DNA of 64,000 bases, taken from assembly GCA_051313645.2 (NCBI GenBank), contig JBNRSN020000013.1:15066001-15130000 (forward strand), written 5' to 3'. Below the pieces are notes generated by a model, which had not been told where the DNA came from, made no database searches, and saw only the letters and a list, made by a program, of their open reading frames with translations. The translations under genes were made by a program, and so were the position numbers. Positions 36,900 through 49,187 of this stretch are shown piece after piece. Origin of the DNA: Centroscyllium fabricii. Lineage: Eukaryota. Every line of letters starts with the position of its first letter. The first letter of the stretch is position 1.

Positions 36900-37397
36900 T
36901 CCTTTATATATATTTTCCCCCCTCTGAGGACTAATTATAAAGATTTTATAGTTGATCGAAAGAATAAAGACTGAGTTGTTTTTTCTTCTTCTCCGAAGCC
37001 TCTCCGGTTTTTTCTCTCCCCTCAGCGGGTCGATGGCACCGACCCACTCGTGTACAATAGCAAAATACTGCAGATGCTGGAAATCCGAAATAACAACAGA
37101 AAATGCTGGAAAAACTCAGCAGTTCAGGCAACACCCGTGCAGAGAGAAATAGGAGTCACCGTTTCGGGCCGGGACCCTTTATCGATCTGCCTGAACTGCT
37201 GAGTTTTTCCAGCATTTTCTGTTGTTCTTTCCTCCCAACTCTTTTTCATCTCATCTCATCCTATCAACAGAACCTTCGATTCCTTTCTCCCTTGCAGACT
37301 GATCTTGCTTCCCCTTAAATGCATCGATGCTCTTTGCATCAACTACAAGCGAGTCCCACATTCTTATAGATTTTTACATTGATTAATTTCGTTAAAA

Positions 37398-37582
37398 GTT
37401 TCCTCCGGGTGCTCCGGTTTCCTCCCACAGTCCAAAGATGTGCGGGTTAGGTTGATTGGCCAGGATAAATTGACCCTTAGTGTTAGGGGCGATTAAATAT
37501 GTGGGGTTACGGGGATAGGGTGGGTTATGCAGGCTCGATGGGCCGAAATGGCCTCTATCTGCACTGTAGGGATTCTATGATC
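37398..37582 (+). mobile_element. 5'-truncated V-SINE inside the Pack element
   Basis: tttcctccgggtgctccggtttcctcccacagtccaaagatgtgcgggttagg ... gggccgaaatggcct...gattctatga. Confidence 0.75.
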
Positions 37583-38432
37583 ATGGCGAGCCCACCCGAC
37601 GCCGCATCGGTGGAGAGAAAAACAGAGTCGACGTTTCGGGTTGGGATCCCCCATCAAGACTAACTTTAAACCCATTGAGAGAATGTGGTTTAATGTAACC
37701 TCACGCACAAAAAAATCTTCGGCGGGGACCTGAACCCACGCAGAGCCAGCCCCTGTCCCGCTAAAGGCCAGGCTGCCGGCCTCCCGGGGGTGGAAGCACC
37801 GGCCGGCCTGTCGCACACCGGCTAAAGCACAGCGCACAAAGGCATTGAACCCGGCGCTCAGACACTCTCAGCTGCCTGGAGGAGCAGGAATCCCAGCGCT
37901 TCTCATAAAGGGTCCCAACCCGAAACATCGACACCACATCTCTCTCCCCACCGATGCTGCTCAGCCTGCCGAGCCACCCCCCACCTCTCTCCACCGAGGC
38001 TGCCCACCCTGCCGAGCCGCCCGGCCCGCTGAGCCCCCCCCCCCCCACCGCACTTTCTACTGTTACAACCGACCACTGCTGCCGCCACCAGCCCGCTCCA
38101 CCTAACTTGATTGCCCTCTCGATTGACACGCCGTCTCCTCCAATCCGCACCCGCGCCGCCCGGCCAATCCGCACCCGCCTCCAGGACAGGATCCACCGCA
38201 CTTGCCCGGTTGGGCAAGTCCGATTTTGTTTTACTTGCCTGTTGGCGCATTTTGCTTGGCCCGGGCAAGCAGGCAAATGGTTTTGTCGTGCCCTGCTATA
38301 GGTAATGTGTGTGTATACTAATTTGAATTTTGCATCCAACCCATTTGGCATGTGGTAAGAAATTTTCATGGCCATGACCAATGAAATTGGAAAAAAGAGT
38401 GGGTTTTATTTTTACTTTAAAACAAGTACGAA

Positions 38433-39622
38433 CTGGGGTCAAGCAAGGCTGTGTCATTGCCAACGCTCTTCTCGATCTTCCTTGCTGCAATGCTCCATCT
38501 CACCCTCTGGGCTCCTCGCTGGAGTGGAGCTAATTTACAGAACAAATGGGAAACTGTTCACCCTCTGTCACCTCCAGTCCAGATCCAAGGTCATTCCATC
38601 CTCTTGTCGTCGAATTACAGTATGCAGACGACGCTTGCATCTGCGCTCACTCGGAGGTCGAACTCTTAACCATAGTCAACACCTTCACCCCAGCACACGA
38701 GAGCATGGGCCTTGCACTGAACATCCGTAAAACAAAGTTCCTCTACCAACCTACACCCGCCAAACAGCACTACCCCCCCCACCCCCTCCCCGATTATCAA
38801 AATCCACAACAAGGCCTTGGACAACGTGGACCACTTTCCATACCTTGGGAGCCTACTGTCAACAAGGGCAGACGTCGACGATGAAGTCCAATACCGCCTT
38901 CAGTGTGCCAGTGCAGCCTTCGGTCGCCTGAGGAAGAGACTGTTTGAAGACCAGGACCACAAACCCGGCACCAAGCTCATGGTCTACAGAGCAGCAGTGA
39001 TACCCGCCCTGCTGTATGCCTCAGAGATATGGACCATGTACAGCAGGCACCTCAGCACTGGAGAGGTACCACCAATGCTGCCTCCGCAAGATCCTGCAAA
39101 TCCATTGGCAGGTTAGGCGTACCAACGTCAGTGTTTTTAGGCCAACACCCCAGGCATCGAAGGTTTGACCACGCTCAATCAGCTCCAATGGGCATGTCAC
39201 ATTGTCCGCATGCCCGATACGAGACTCCCAAAACAAGCACTCTACTCGGAGCTCCAGCACGGCAAGAGAGCCCCAGGTGGGCAGAGGAAACGCTCCAAGG
39301 ACACCCTCAAAGCCTCCTTGAAACATCCCCACCGACACCTGGGAATCCCTGGCCCAAGACCGCACAAATAGGAGGAGAAGCATCCGGGAAGGCGCCGAAC
39401 ACCTTCAGTCTCTTCACCGGGAGCAAGCAGAAGCCAAACGCAAACAGCGGAAGGAGCGCACTTCAGCCCAAGCACTCCACTCACCCGCCCCTTCAACCAC
39501 CGTCTACCCGACCTGTGACAGAGACTGTAGGTCCCGCATTAGACTCATCAGTCACCAGAGAACTCATTTTTAATGTGGTCGCAAGTCTTCCTCGGTTCCG
39601 AGGGGCTGCCTAAGAAGAGAAG
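38433..39622 (+). mobile_element. RTE-clade LINE, 5'-truncated
   Basis: GVKQGCV, ELQYADDAC, VDHFPYLGS, RMPDTRLPKQALYSEL; tail gcctaagaagagaag. Confidence 0.9.
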
Positions 39623-40302
39623 ATAACAAATACTTCAACATAAGATTACTGATAGTGATTCAGTGTTACCGACAGCTTGTGATAAAATACTCGTTGCCAT
39701 CAGGCCTGTGATTGATGCCTCTGTTTATGATGTCATCCGAAGTCTTCAATGCAATTATTACCCAGTAATCCGCTGCCAACCATGCATTTGACTCTCATCT
39801 GTCCATATCATATAGTAAAGCGCATAGGTTGTCCATTTTTGTAAGCAGCAGTTCTTGCATATGAATTAAATGTCAATATGCTGGCTTTGACATTTGCTGT
39901 CAAATACCACCATTTAAATTTCAGTTTACTAATAAATCTGCAATCTGTCTGATTAGGTCTTGCATTTGGCATGCTCCACACCTGTGACCAAATGAACCTT
40001 TTTTCCTAACATTTAGCATAGTAGTCAGGGTGCTACAAAAAAATTATTTTTCACTTGCCCAGTCAGACAAGTGGATTTCTAAGACACTTGCCCAAACACA
40101 AATTAAACTTGCCTGAAATTTTTAAAGAAATAACTGAAGATTTTAATTTTTTTATTAAAATGCTTCAATATAAAGCCTTAGATTGTGATTGTAGTTAGTG
40201 TACCTTTTAGGTCTGATATCAATCTTGCCCATTACTGATCTGGTATAGGTTAAAAAACAGTTTGGAGACAGATACACTGAAGAATATGTATTGCTACAAC
40301 TA

Positions 40303-40631
40303 CAGGTTGAGCACCGGTAATCCAGCACCCTTGGGTCCAGGCCGGTGCCGGACCATTGAAAATTCTGAACTACTGAAGGTTCGGGGGGAGCGTGCGGCTA
40401 GTACACTCCCCGGGGTCCGGCACGCGCGGGTAGATCACTCCCCGGGAGGGAGCCTGGGGATAGAACACTTAAAGAACCTAAAAAAGCAGCAACCCAAAGG
40501 CCCGACCCTTCGCGGGAAATGGTGGTGCCGCCAAGCGGCTGCTCCGCAAAATGAAGAGCGCCGGTTTTGATTCGTGCCGGACCACTGAAGGTGCCGGACC
40601 ATCGGGTGCTGGATTACCGGTGCTCAATCTG
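40303..40631. mobile_element. Tigger-type MITE with unique GC-rich interior, nested in the hAT-like element
   Basis: TA|caggttgagcaccggtaatccagcaccc ... gggtgctggattaccggtgctcaatctg|TA. Confidence 0.85.
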
Positions 40632-40633
40632 TA

Positions 40634-41005
40634 TTGGACCTGATTGAGGTGTACAAAATTATGAGGGGTATACATAGGGTAGATAGAAAGGAACTTTTTC
40701 CCTTAGTAGAGGGGTCAATAACCAGGGAGCATAGTTTCAAGGTAAGGGGCAGGAGGTTTCGAGGGGATTTGAGGAGGAACTATTTCACCCAGAGGGTGGT
40801 TGGAATCTGGAACTCACTGCCTGAAAGGGTGGTAGAGGCAGGAACCCTCAACATTCAAGAATCATTTGGATGAGCACTTGAAATGCCATAGCGTACAACG
40901 CGACGGACCAAATGCTGGAAAGTTGTATTAGAATCGACAGGGCTTGGTGGCCAGCACGGACACGATGGGCCGAAGGGCCTCTTTCTGTGCTGTATAACTC
41001 TGACT
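40634..41005 (+). mobile_element. CR1 3' end
   Basis: DLIEVYKIMRGIHRVDRKELFP...FTQRVVGIWNSLP; tail gggccgaagggcct...tgtgctgta. Confidence 0.8.
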
Positions 41006-42989
41006 CCAAATCTAATTTAACATGTATAAGCGTGAGACAATATAGTTTGTGAGGAAGAAGAAGGAATTCCAACAGAATTTCATGTTTTGTAAAAGAGGTA
41101 CACAGGACAAGAGTAAATACGTGTACAATAAATTTTTACAAAACATTGATTAGGCTATAGTTGAGTACTGAGTGCAGTTTTAGGCACCCCATCATAAACA
41201 GGATGTTAAAGCTATAAATTTGAGATTTTAGAACTAGCTCCTCTGGAGCAAAGGTGGCTAAAGGCGATTTAATAGATATTTTTAAACAATGAAGGTTTTT
41301 CATAGAGCGAATAGGGAAATACTACTTCCTCTGTTTGGGGCAGAGATCATTGTATCTTTTAAGGGAAAATTAGGTAAACGGGAAGATTCAGAGCTACAGA
41401 AGAAATAACACAGCAGTGAGATTAGTTCTGGATTATTCTAGAAAGCAAGTTGGCCACCAGATTAAACTAGCCTCAATGTGAAAAATGTGGATAACCATTA
41501 TAAAACTGGGATATGGAAAACATAAGACCGATTCAATTGGTCTCTGCTAATGGAACTTACTATTGGTCTCTGCTAATGGAACTTACTAATCAGGTGCCAG
41601 ACCAGCTCCCAGGCCGCTCGCCGCCTCTTCACCCCGCTGCCCGCCTCTGCATTGGCGCTCGCTGCTTGGCTGTGCGCGCGCACCCTCAGCGCTATTGCCG
41701 GACCCGGCCACTGCGCAGGCACCGTTAGGCGCTGAGGGTCATGTCTGCACATCGCTTGCCCGGTTGGGCAAGTGCGGATTTCTTTTGCTTGCCCGACGGC
41801 GCATTTTGCTTTCCCCGGGCAAGCGGTTTTATCGCGCCAGAGTGATTTATTTTATTGTGTAACTATGTTAATCAGGTTCAGTCCCAAAACTCTCAGCCAA
41901 GTTTAACCGGACTAATGTTAATGTCAGTGATGTTGCTCATGGGTAGATTGGGACCTGCAGTGCAATTTCAAAGGTTCACTTTTTTGCAGCCTCAGTACAA
42001 TTGCTGTAACAGCGTAAATTTATAGAAGCAGTAAATCACTAACTGACACAAGATCAAAATATTACACAATTGAATGGTACTGAAAGACTTGGGGCATTAC
42101 AGATATAATGTTTGTAATACTATTTGCCTACACAAACTTGCTGGACGTTACTTTGTCTCATTGTTGTGTGACAAAAATGAGGCATTGTTTTATTCATCTT
42201 TTTTCTAATTCATTTCTGTGAGGGAAGCTGTTTTTTAACTCGAGTACTGGGACAGAATTAGTGTCCCAGTTTAACGGAATGTTGTATCCGTTCAGTTTGG
42301 TAGCAGGCAGTTTGTTGGAGAGGAGCCCAGCCACTCAATTCAAATATAAACATGTTTCTGACTTGTTCACATGTGTCTAATTGACTTCCTTTGAAATTTA
42401 ACAGTTCTTCAATATCTCAAAGTTCCAGTAATTGTTCAGGGGATACTTGTTATTTTTAAATCACTTGAGATTTGATCAGAAGCCTTTAGAATAAGGTTGT
42501 TTGACTCTCCTCATGTGCACATATCTATATACACCCACACTCATCCCAAGGGCAGGAAGTTGCTTAGCTTCCAAGGCATAGGTGAAATTTCAAAAAATGG
42601 AACTGAAGTAACACCAAAGAAAGGCAGGCCTGTGTGGAGAAATTTACTGGTATTTCAAACATCAAATGAGAGTTTAAGTTCATTTTTTTTCCAACGGTGC
42701 ATAGTTTTTTTTCACATTGGGTATTTTAGCTACATTTGCTAATCTGAGTGAGAAAAATAACCATAAATTATTTGAGTGATTTGATTGGGTTATTTTGTGA
42801 TGATTGCTGGTCCTGGATTGTTGACTTTTAAAATAATTTGCTTTACTTATTGCCAAACAAGTGGTTTATGATTGTTTCACACACTTACTGAGATATTTCA
42901 TTTAATCAGTTTCAATAACCTGCCCATTGCAAACTGAGGTATAAAGCCCAAAAAAACACTATTGGCATACACTGTACATTAGAAAGAAA

Positions 42990-45900
42990 TACATATGGGT
43001 GGATGAGGGTAGCGCAGTCTATGTTGTGTATATGGACTTTCAAAAGGCGTTTGATAAAGGTAGGTGAGCAAAATTGAATCCCATGGGATAAAGGGGGCAG
43101 TAGCTGCATAGATGCACAATTGGCTAAGGTATAGAAAAGAGTTTTGAATGGCTGGCTGTTTTTCAGATTGGAGGGAGGTATACAACTGTGTTCCCCAAGG
43201 TTCAGTACTGGGACCACTGCTGTTTTTGATGTACATTAATGAATTGGACTTGGGGGTACAGGGCACAATTTTAAAATTTGCAGATGATACAAAACTTGGA
43301 AGTGTTGTAAACAGTAAGAAAGATGGTAATAGACTTCAAGAAGACATAGACAGGCTGGTGGAATGGGGCAGACACATGGCAGCTGAAATTCAACGCAGAG
43401 AAGCGCGAGGTAATACATTTTGGAAGAAAAATTAGGAGAGCCCATATATCGTCAATGGTATGATTTTAAAGGGGGTGCAACCACAGAGACCTGGGTGGGG
43501 GTGCTTGTGTTCAAATCTTTGAAGGTGGCAGGACAGGTTAACAAAGCAGTTGATCAAGCAGATGGGTTCCTGGACTTGATGAATAGAGGGGATCGGGGTC
43601 AACTTTCCTTCAGCCGTCTGGCGGATGTTTCGGTGGCCGGGGAGGCAAAATAGCAAATGCGGGGGGGTCAGGAACCCTCTCGCCGGATTCCCCCCACATC
43701 GCGATTTTCCCCCTATCGTGTCTGGTCGGCCCGATTCAGTCCCGCCCGCAACCGGCGGGAATGGTCTTTAGGCACCTTAATCACCGTTAATTGGCATCTA
43801 TAATGTCATTTTAGGGGCCCTTGCAATTTTCAGCCTTTTCCCACACAAAACCCGGCAGCTGGAAATCTCGCCGGTGAAACCTGGCGGGGCCACATTCAGT
43901 TCACTGACTCTCAGCTGCAAGTCCATCATAAATTATGAGATTGAATCAGCCATCATATGCAGGTGGCAGGACCTTGTAATTTCAGGATTGGGGCAACTTT
44001 TAGAAGTCTTAAGCACACCTGATGAAGGTTGGAGCCTCACACATATCTCCAGTGTGAACCCCTGGGAAACCCCTCTCTGCACCTTCACTCAGCGCTTCCT
44101 CAGCAGAGGCATATGCCAGAAACATGGAAGCCATTTATTTCATTCCTTTCTGGGCATTAGATGAGCTCCCACACCAGCCGCGGCTCTAGCAGAACCAGGA
44201 ACAGCAACAGGCGCACCAGGCTGCTGCTCACTCAGCCACCCCTGCATGTGTTCCTGGAGTTTCAGCACCGCCGATCTTATGGATGGACCCAGAGGCAGAG
44301 GGTCGACATGCAGCTGAGCCGAGCTGACAGAGTCCTGCGCCCTCCGGCTAGGACTCTCCAGTGCTGCCCCTGTCTCCACCATCTGCTGATGCTCACTTGT
44401 GAGCTGTGAGACACCAGATGCCAAAGCCACTCCATGTCCCGAAGGTCTCCCCGAGGTGTGAGTGTCTGCGCTGGTGCTAGGTGCGCTGAATTCTGCTGAT
44501 GCTGCGCCCTCAGAGGTGGCAGCTTCCTCTGAGGAGTCTGGATGCTCAGGCTGTTCCTCCTATCTAGTGGGGACGGCTGCTTGCGATGGTCCTGTGGGGG
44601 AGTAAAGGGAAGAGTTAGAGATGTGATGCCAAGGTTACATGCACCTTGCATATTACAGATGATCATAAGCCCATCTATTCGATCATCAGAATCATTATCA
44701 GCGACTCATGCAATGTCCATGAGAGATGGAGAACTAATCTGTCACCAGCTTGCTGTGATGCACCCGTCTGTCTGCCCTCCACTTGCGCATCTTCCTCCAC
44801 TCCCACGATCTCCAGGACCGCCTCCTCCCGGGGTGAGGTGGGCGAGTGAGAGTGGCCCTCCTCCTGTCCTCACTCTTTCTCACTTATTGTGAGCTCTCTT
44901 TTCCTGCAATGAGGGAGACCAGTGGAGGTTGAGTGACGATGAAGGAGTGAGTGCAGAGAATCCATAACATAGATACTTAGGAGGCAAAGACGGAGTGAGA
45001 TGGCAAGACCAAGGGCCCTCCCTGTGTGTTGTCAGTTGGGTTCAAAGCATCAGAGTGAGAGGGAGTGTGAGGGCTGCATGGTGGAATAGTTATGTGAATG
45101 TGAGCATAGAGAGAGAGGGAATGGGTAAGGGTGCATGGATGTCAGTGTCAAGTGGGATGTGGAGGAAGTGATTGCTAAAGCTGTGCTGGTGAGGAAAGGC
45201 ATTGGGGATCAGATTGAGGGTGATGGGAATTCCATTCTCACTTTTGCAGTGCGTAGAAGGTCATGAAATCTCTTCCTGCACTAAATCCAGGTTGTGCGGG
45301 CTACTGATAATGAGTTGCCCTCCTCTGCCACCTGGATCCACACAGCCTGCTGGGGAGACTTCTTCCTCCCTGAAGAAGGGAAGAGCACCTCTTTATGAGC
45401 TCTTGCTCCCTCAACTAAAGCTTGCAGGGCCACATCATCAAACCTGGAAGCAGACCTCGGTCTCTAGATGGTCATTCTGCCTCCTGTTCCCTCTGGCATG
45501 AAAGGGCACAAGGTTGGCAGTCCGCAACAGAAGCAAGGCTTGCTGTGGATCTGAAATGCACCAGCACCGATGACCTCATGTGCAACTTTCTGACTGGAAA
45601 TAGTCAATTGCCAAGGGCTCCCACACGCTGGAAATCAATTGGCCAATTGAGCCAAAATTGCGTGGGGCTCCCAGACCCTTTAGGATTCGTGTGGGAAACC
45701 TGACCTGTTGGAAGCGCGCCAATTCGCCACATCTGAGGGAAGATCGATGCCACAGTGTACAAAAGCCAGAAAGTTATGCTAAACCTATATAAAATACTAG
45801 TTTGGCCCCAGCTGGAGTATTGTGTTCAATTCTGGGCACCACACTTTAGGAAGGACGTGAAGGCTTTGGAAAGGGTACAGAAGAGATTCACTAGAATGGT

Positions 45901-46355
45901 TCCAGGGATGAGTGATTACAGTTAGGTGGATAGACTGGAGAAGCTGGGGTTGTTCTCCTTGGAGCAGAGAAGGCTAAGAGGAGATTTTATAGAGCTGTTT
46001 AAGATCATGAAGGGATTAGATGGAGTAAATAAAGAGAAACAGTTTCCAATGGTTGAAGGGTCGATAATGAGAGGGTATAGATTTAAGGTGGTTGGCAAAA
46101 GAACCAGGAGTGACATGAGGAAAAACTTTCTTACTCAACAAGTGGATGTGATTTGTAATGCACTGTCTGTTAGGGTGGTAGATACAAATTCAATAGTAGC
46201 CTTCAAAACGGAATTCGATCAATACCTGAAGGAGATAAAATTGCAGGAATATGGGGAAAGAGCGGGGGAGTGGGACCAACTGGATTGTTCTTCGAAAGAA
46301 CCGGCACAGACTTGATAGGCAGAATGGCCTCCTTCTGTGCTGTACTATTCTATCA
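42990..46355 (+). mobile_element. CR1 fragment interrupted by the Harbinger element at 43595-45751
   Basis: [19 protein letters not shown]...KFADDTKLG before the insertion; continuation RLEKLGLFSLEQRRLRGD after it. Confidence 0.75.
43595..45751 (-). mobile_element. PIF/Harbinger derivative with Myb/SANT-like ORF remnants
   Basis: Extensive identity to 3842-5339 plus extra internal sequence; termini ggggtcaactttcc / ggaagatcgatgcc. Confidence 0.75.
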
Positions 46356-49187
46356 TATAGTGCCTTTCATGACCTTAGGACATCCTAAAGCGCTTTACAG
46401 CCAATAAAGCACTTCTAAGGTGTAGTCACTTGTAATATACACGTGTGAGATAGATGGCCTGAATTTCTGTCTCATGATTTTGATGCACACTTTGTATGAT
46501 AACGTTTAACATTGAAAATCTGTACGTAAACATAAGGATGTAAATGTTTTTCCAGACTTGCACTACTGGTAATGGTGGAGTTCCTCCATCTCCCTTTTGA
46601 TGGCTCTATCACCACGGATAGCTCAGTCTCCCTGTTTCAGTCTTCTCCTTTAAATAATTTTTGCTCCATAGCCCTTTGCCTGGTTATCTTTAGCATTGGC
46701 CTGCCCTGCCCCTTTTGGGGCACGCTCCAGTCGATTTTCAGCTGCTCATCGGCATGACGCCTACGTCCACTTTGGAGCCAATGGCCATTTTACATTTTCA
46801 TTTTCTACTCACTGGCCACACTGTTGTCACATGGTGGACTAGATGCCTCAAACACACACTCAGCCGCTTCTGAGGCCTCCCAAGCCGCACCGCAGTCTGC
46901 TCCATACCATTTGGCCAGTTTTGGCATCTGAACCTTGGTACTAGGATTCCATTCCAGGTTTCTCCTTCTCGGGGTCTTTCAATCTGTTATAGTTCTAACC
47001 TTTTCTCCTTTTAAATTTTTGGGTCAGGTTTGTGGGGTGAGAGCACAAGTGATGGCGGTAAGTGCGTATATTTGTGGATGATGGGGCTACATTGGAAGTA
47101 AGGGGGAGAGCCATGTTGGGAAGGCAAAAGGAATGTTGGCAAGTGAAGACAGAAGTGATATGGGGATAAATGGCAATTTTTGGGGAAAGGGGGTAGATGT
47201 AAATGTTAAAGGGCAGGACGGCAGAGGATATTGGCCTGCAGATAGAATGCAAAATGGTGCTCCGGAATGGCAATGCTGGAGATTGTGGGAATTGGGTGTG
47301 GAAGGAATTAGAAAAGCAACAAGGAAGGGAAAAATAGAGGTGATGAAGGGATGATAGATGGGTCAATGGGAATTTAAGGAATGTGGTTCTGGGGTTTGAG
47401 CTCCACCATGTTAATGTTGCTTTCTGCTGCCCTTCCCTTGCCTGCAACCCAAAATATGTTACAGGCCTGGCCATGTTCTTTTCCGCAACCACAAGCTGAA
47501 ATCCAGCTTGCAACCCATTCCTGCATCTGCCTCCCAGTGCTTGCGTGAAAATCGCCCTACCACCTTTCAGCGTAAAGTAAATCCACTGGTCTGCCGAGAT
47601 CCCTCTCCAACCTGCGATCCACTGGTTCTGAATCCTTGCTGAATTCTTCACCGCCACCCCACATCCACCACCTACAAAATTTGTCCTACGACTCCCCACC
47701 CAGCCCAACTAATGCCCTGCATCTGCCACTGAAAAATGTTGCTTGAAGCGCTCAATTGCTCCCTTCCCATCACACCGCCCACCACCTCATAACTTAATAA
47801 AAAGAAAGGGAGAAAAAGAGATAGAAGCACAGGGTCGTACAGAGCGGTCTTGAGCTGAGGAGAAGACAGAGTAGCAGGAAAGAAAAAGGAGAAGTAGAAT
47901 AAGAGACCAGTGCTCAGCAAAGGCAGCAACATAAAAACAGATACTGATGAGATGGATTGTATCCTCTGACTTCCCAGATAACACCAACCCTTTCCTCGTG
48001 CTCCTACACTCAGAATGACCATTCTAATACGAGCAACCTATGCAATTCTCTTATTCTCTCACCCCCAGCACTGCTGCATGTAGTTTACCTCCTGCCTACC
48101 AAGGACCTGGTGTATCTAATTGACATGAATTGTAAAATGGGATAAAATAGTATATTTTCCATCTCGAGCAACGTCACAGGCGGTCCTTTAATTGTTTCTT
48201 GCGTAAGTTAAACTGAGATTTTAAATGGCTTTACATGACTAATGGAAAGATTATTTGTAAATTGGTAACTTTTCACCAAGTTAATAGAAATCTCTTTTAC
48301 ATAACATTTCTGGGGAAGCCTAATTTTGTTCATGCGTATGAAACTGTACTGCAGTCATTATCTCAATCCTATATTAACTGGCAAACATTAACAATACAAA
48401 TCTAGAGTCACTTTGTTTTGAACATGTTCCACAGTTCCCACAAATGACAGTTCAAAACAGTATAAAGTTCACTTGAGAATGGTCACTTAATGACATGTCA
48501 TGCAAAACATTCTGGAGCAGATTTTCAAGAGCAGTGCTGTTATAAGTAAGAGAAGTGGTGCTGGAAAAACCCATCAAGCCCATTGAAACTGCACCATCTC
48601 GGCATGGTTCAGCAATGTGCACCATTGACCCACAGGTCAATAATAACTCAAGTGAAATAGACATGATTTGCACAGGTTTGTACTTTCACTTCTCGCCCAA
48701 AAGGATCTGAAAAGAAGAGATGGAGGGCGGAGAAATGAGAATCTTGAGGCAGCCCTGGAAAATGAATACTTTTGCATTGGTCTGCTATCTCCAATTTGTC
48801 CACCCGTGATGTGACCATCTCATTGGAATATTTCTTGCATTTAAAAAGAAAGTACGCATAGCTGGGAGGTTTGTTTTGTCATGAACTGTCCTGGTTTTGA
48901 ACTTGATCTGTTCCAGGTGGACTTTATTTTTATGTTTGAGGGCCTCCAATCTAAGAATTAAGTGGTGTGCACGAGTAATTTCGCTGTGAGGTTAATAGGA
49001 TTTAAGATACTGACTTTCTGTGCATGCTTTTGATAAAACATAAATGCTTTTGCAGTAATACAGTTTAAGCAAGTCTGGGGATCTTGTGGAATTTCTACAT
49101 CTTGTGAAATAATCCTGCAGCTAGCAAAAGTGCAGCATTATTGTAGACTACACATTTGACAGTTTTGATATAATAATTTAAGTTTTG

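Larger units (their letters stand above)
36426..38295. mobile_element. hAT-like Pack element with chimeric cargo, 6-bp TSD CTATAG
   Basis: CTATAG|CAGGGTGCTACCAAA ... TTTTGTCGTGCCCTG|CTATAG; subterminal CTTGCCC repeats at both ends; arms shared with 40026-41840. Confidence 0.85.
40026..41840. mobile_element. Second copy of the hAT-like Pack family, different interior
   Basis: First ~165 bp match 36426-36591 and the last ~90 bp match 38198-38295; right TIR degenerate; nested MITE and CR1 pieces inside. Confidence 0.75.

Noticed and set aside
41538-41590. 26-bp tandem duplication
   Set aside because: Ordinary local slippage.
46600-47950. Purine/pyrimidine-skewed region with a 237-aa minus ORF
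   Set aside because: Looks like decayed LINE-derived sequence; no assignable domain.
48547-48676. Exon-like open stretch VREVVLEKPIKP...
   Set aside because: In-frame stop immediately upstream, no good acceptor, no homology recognised.
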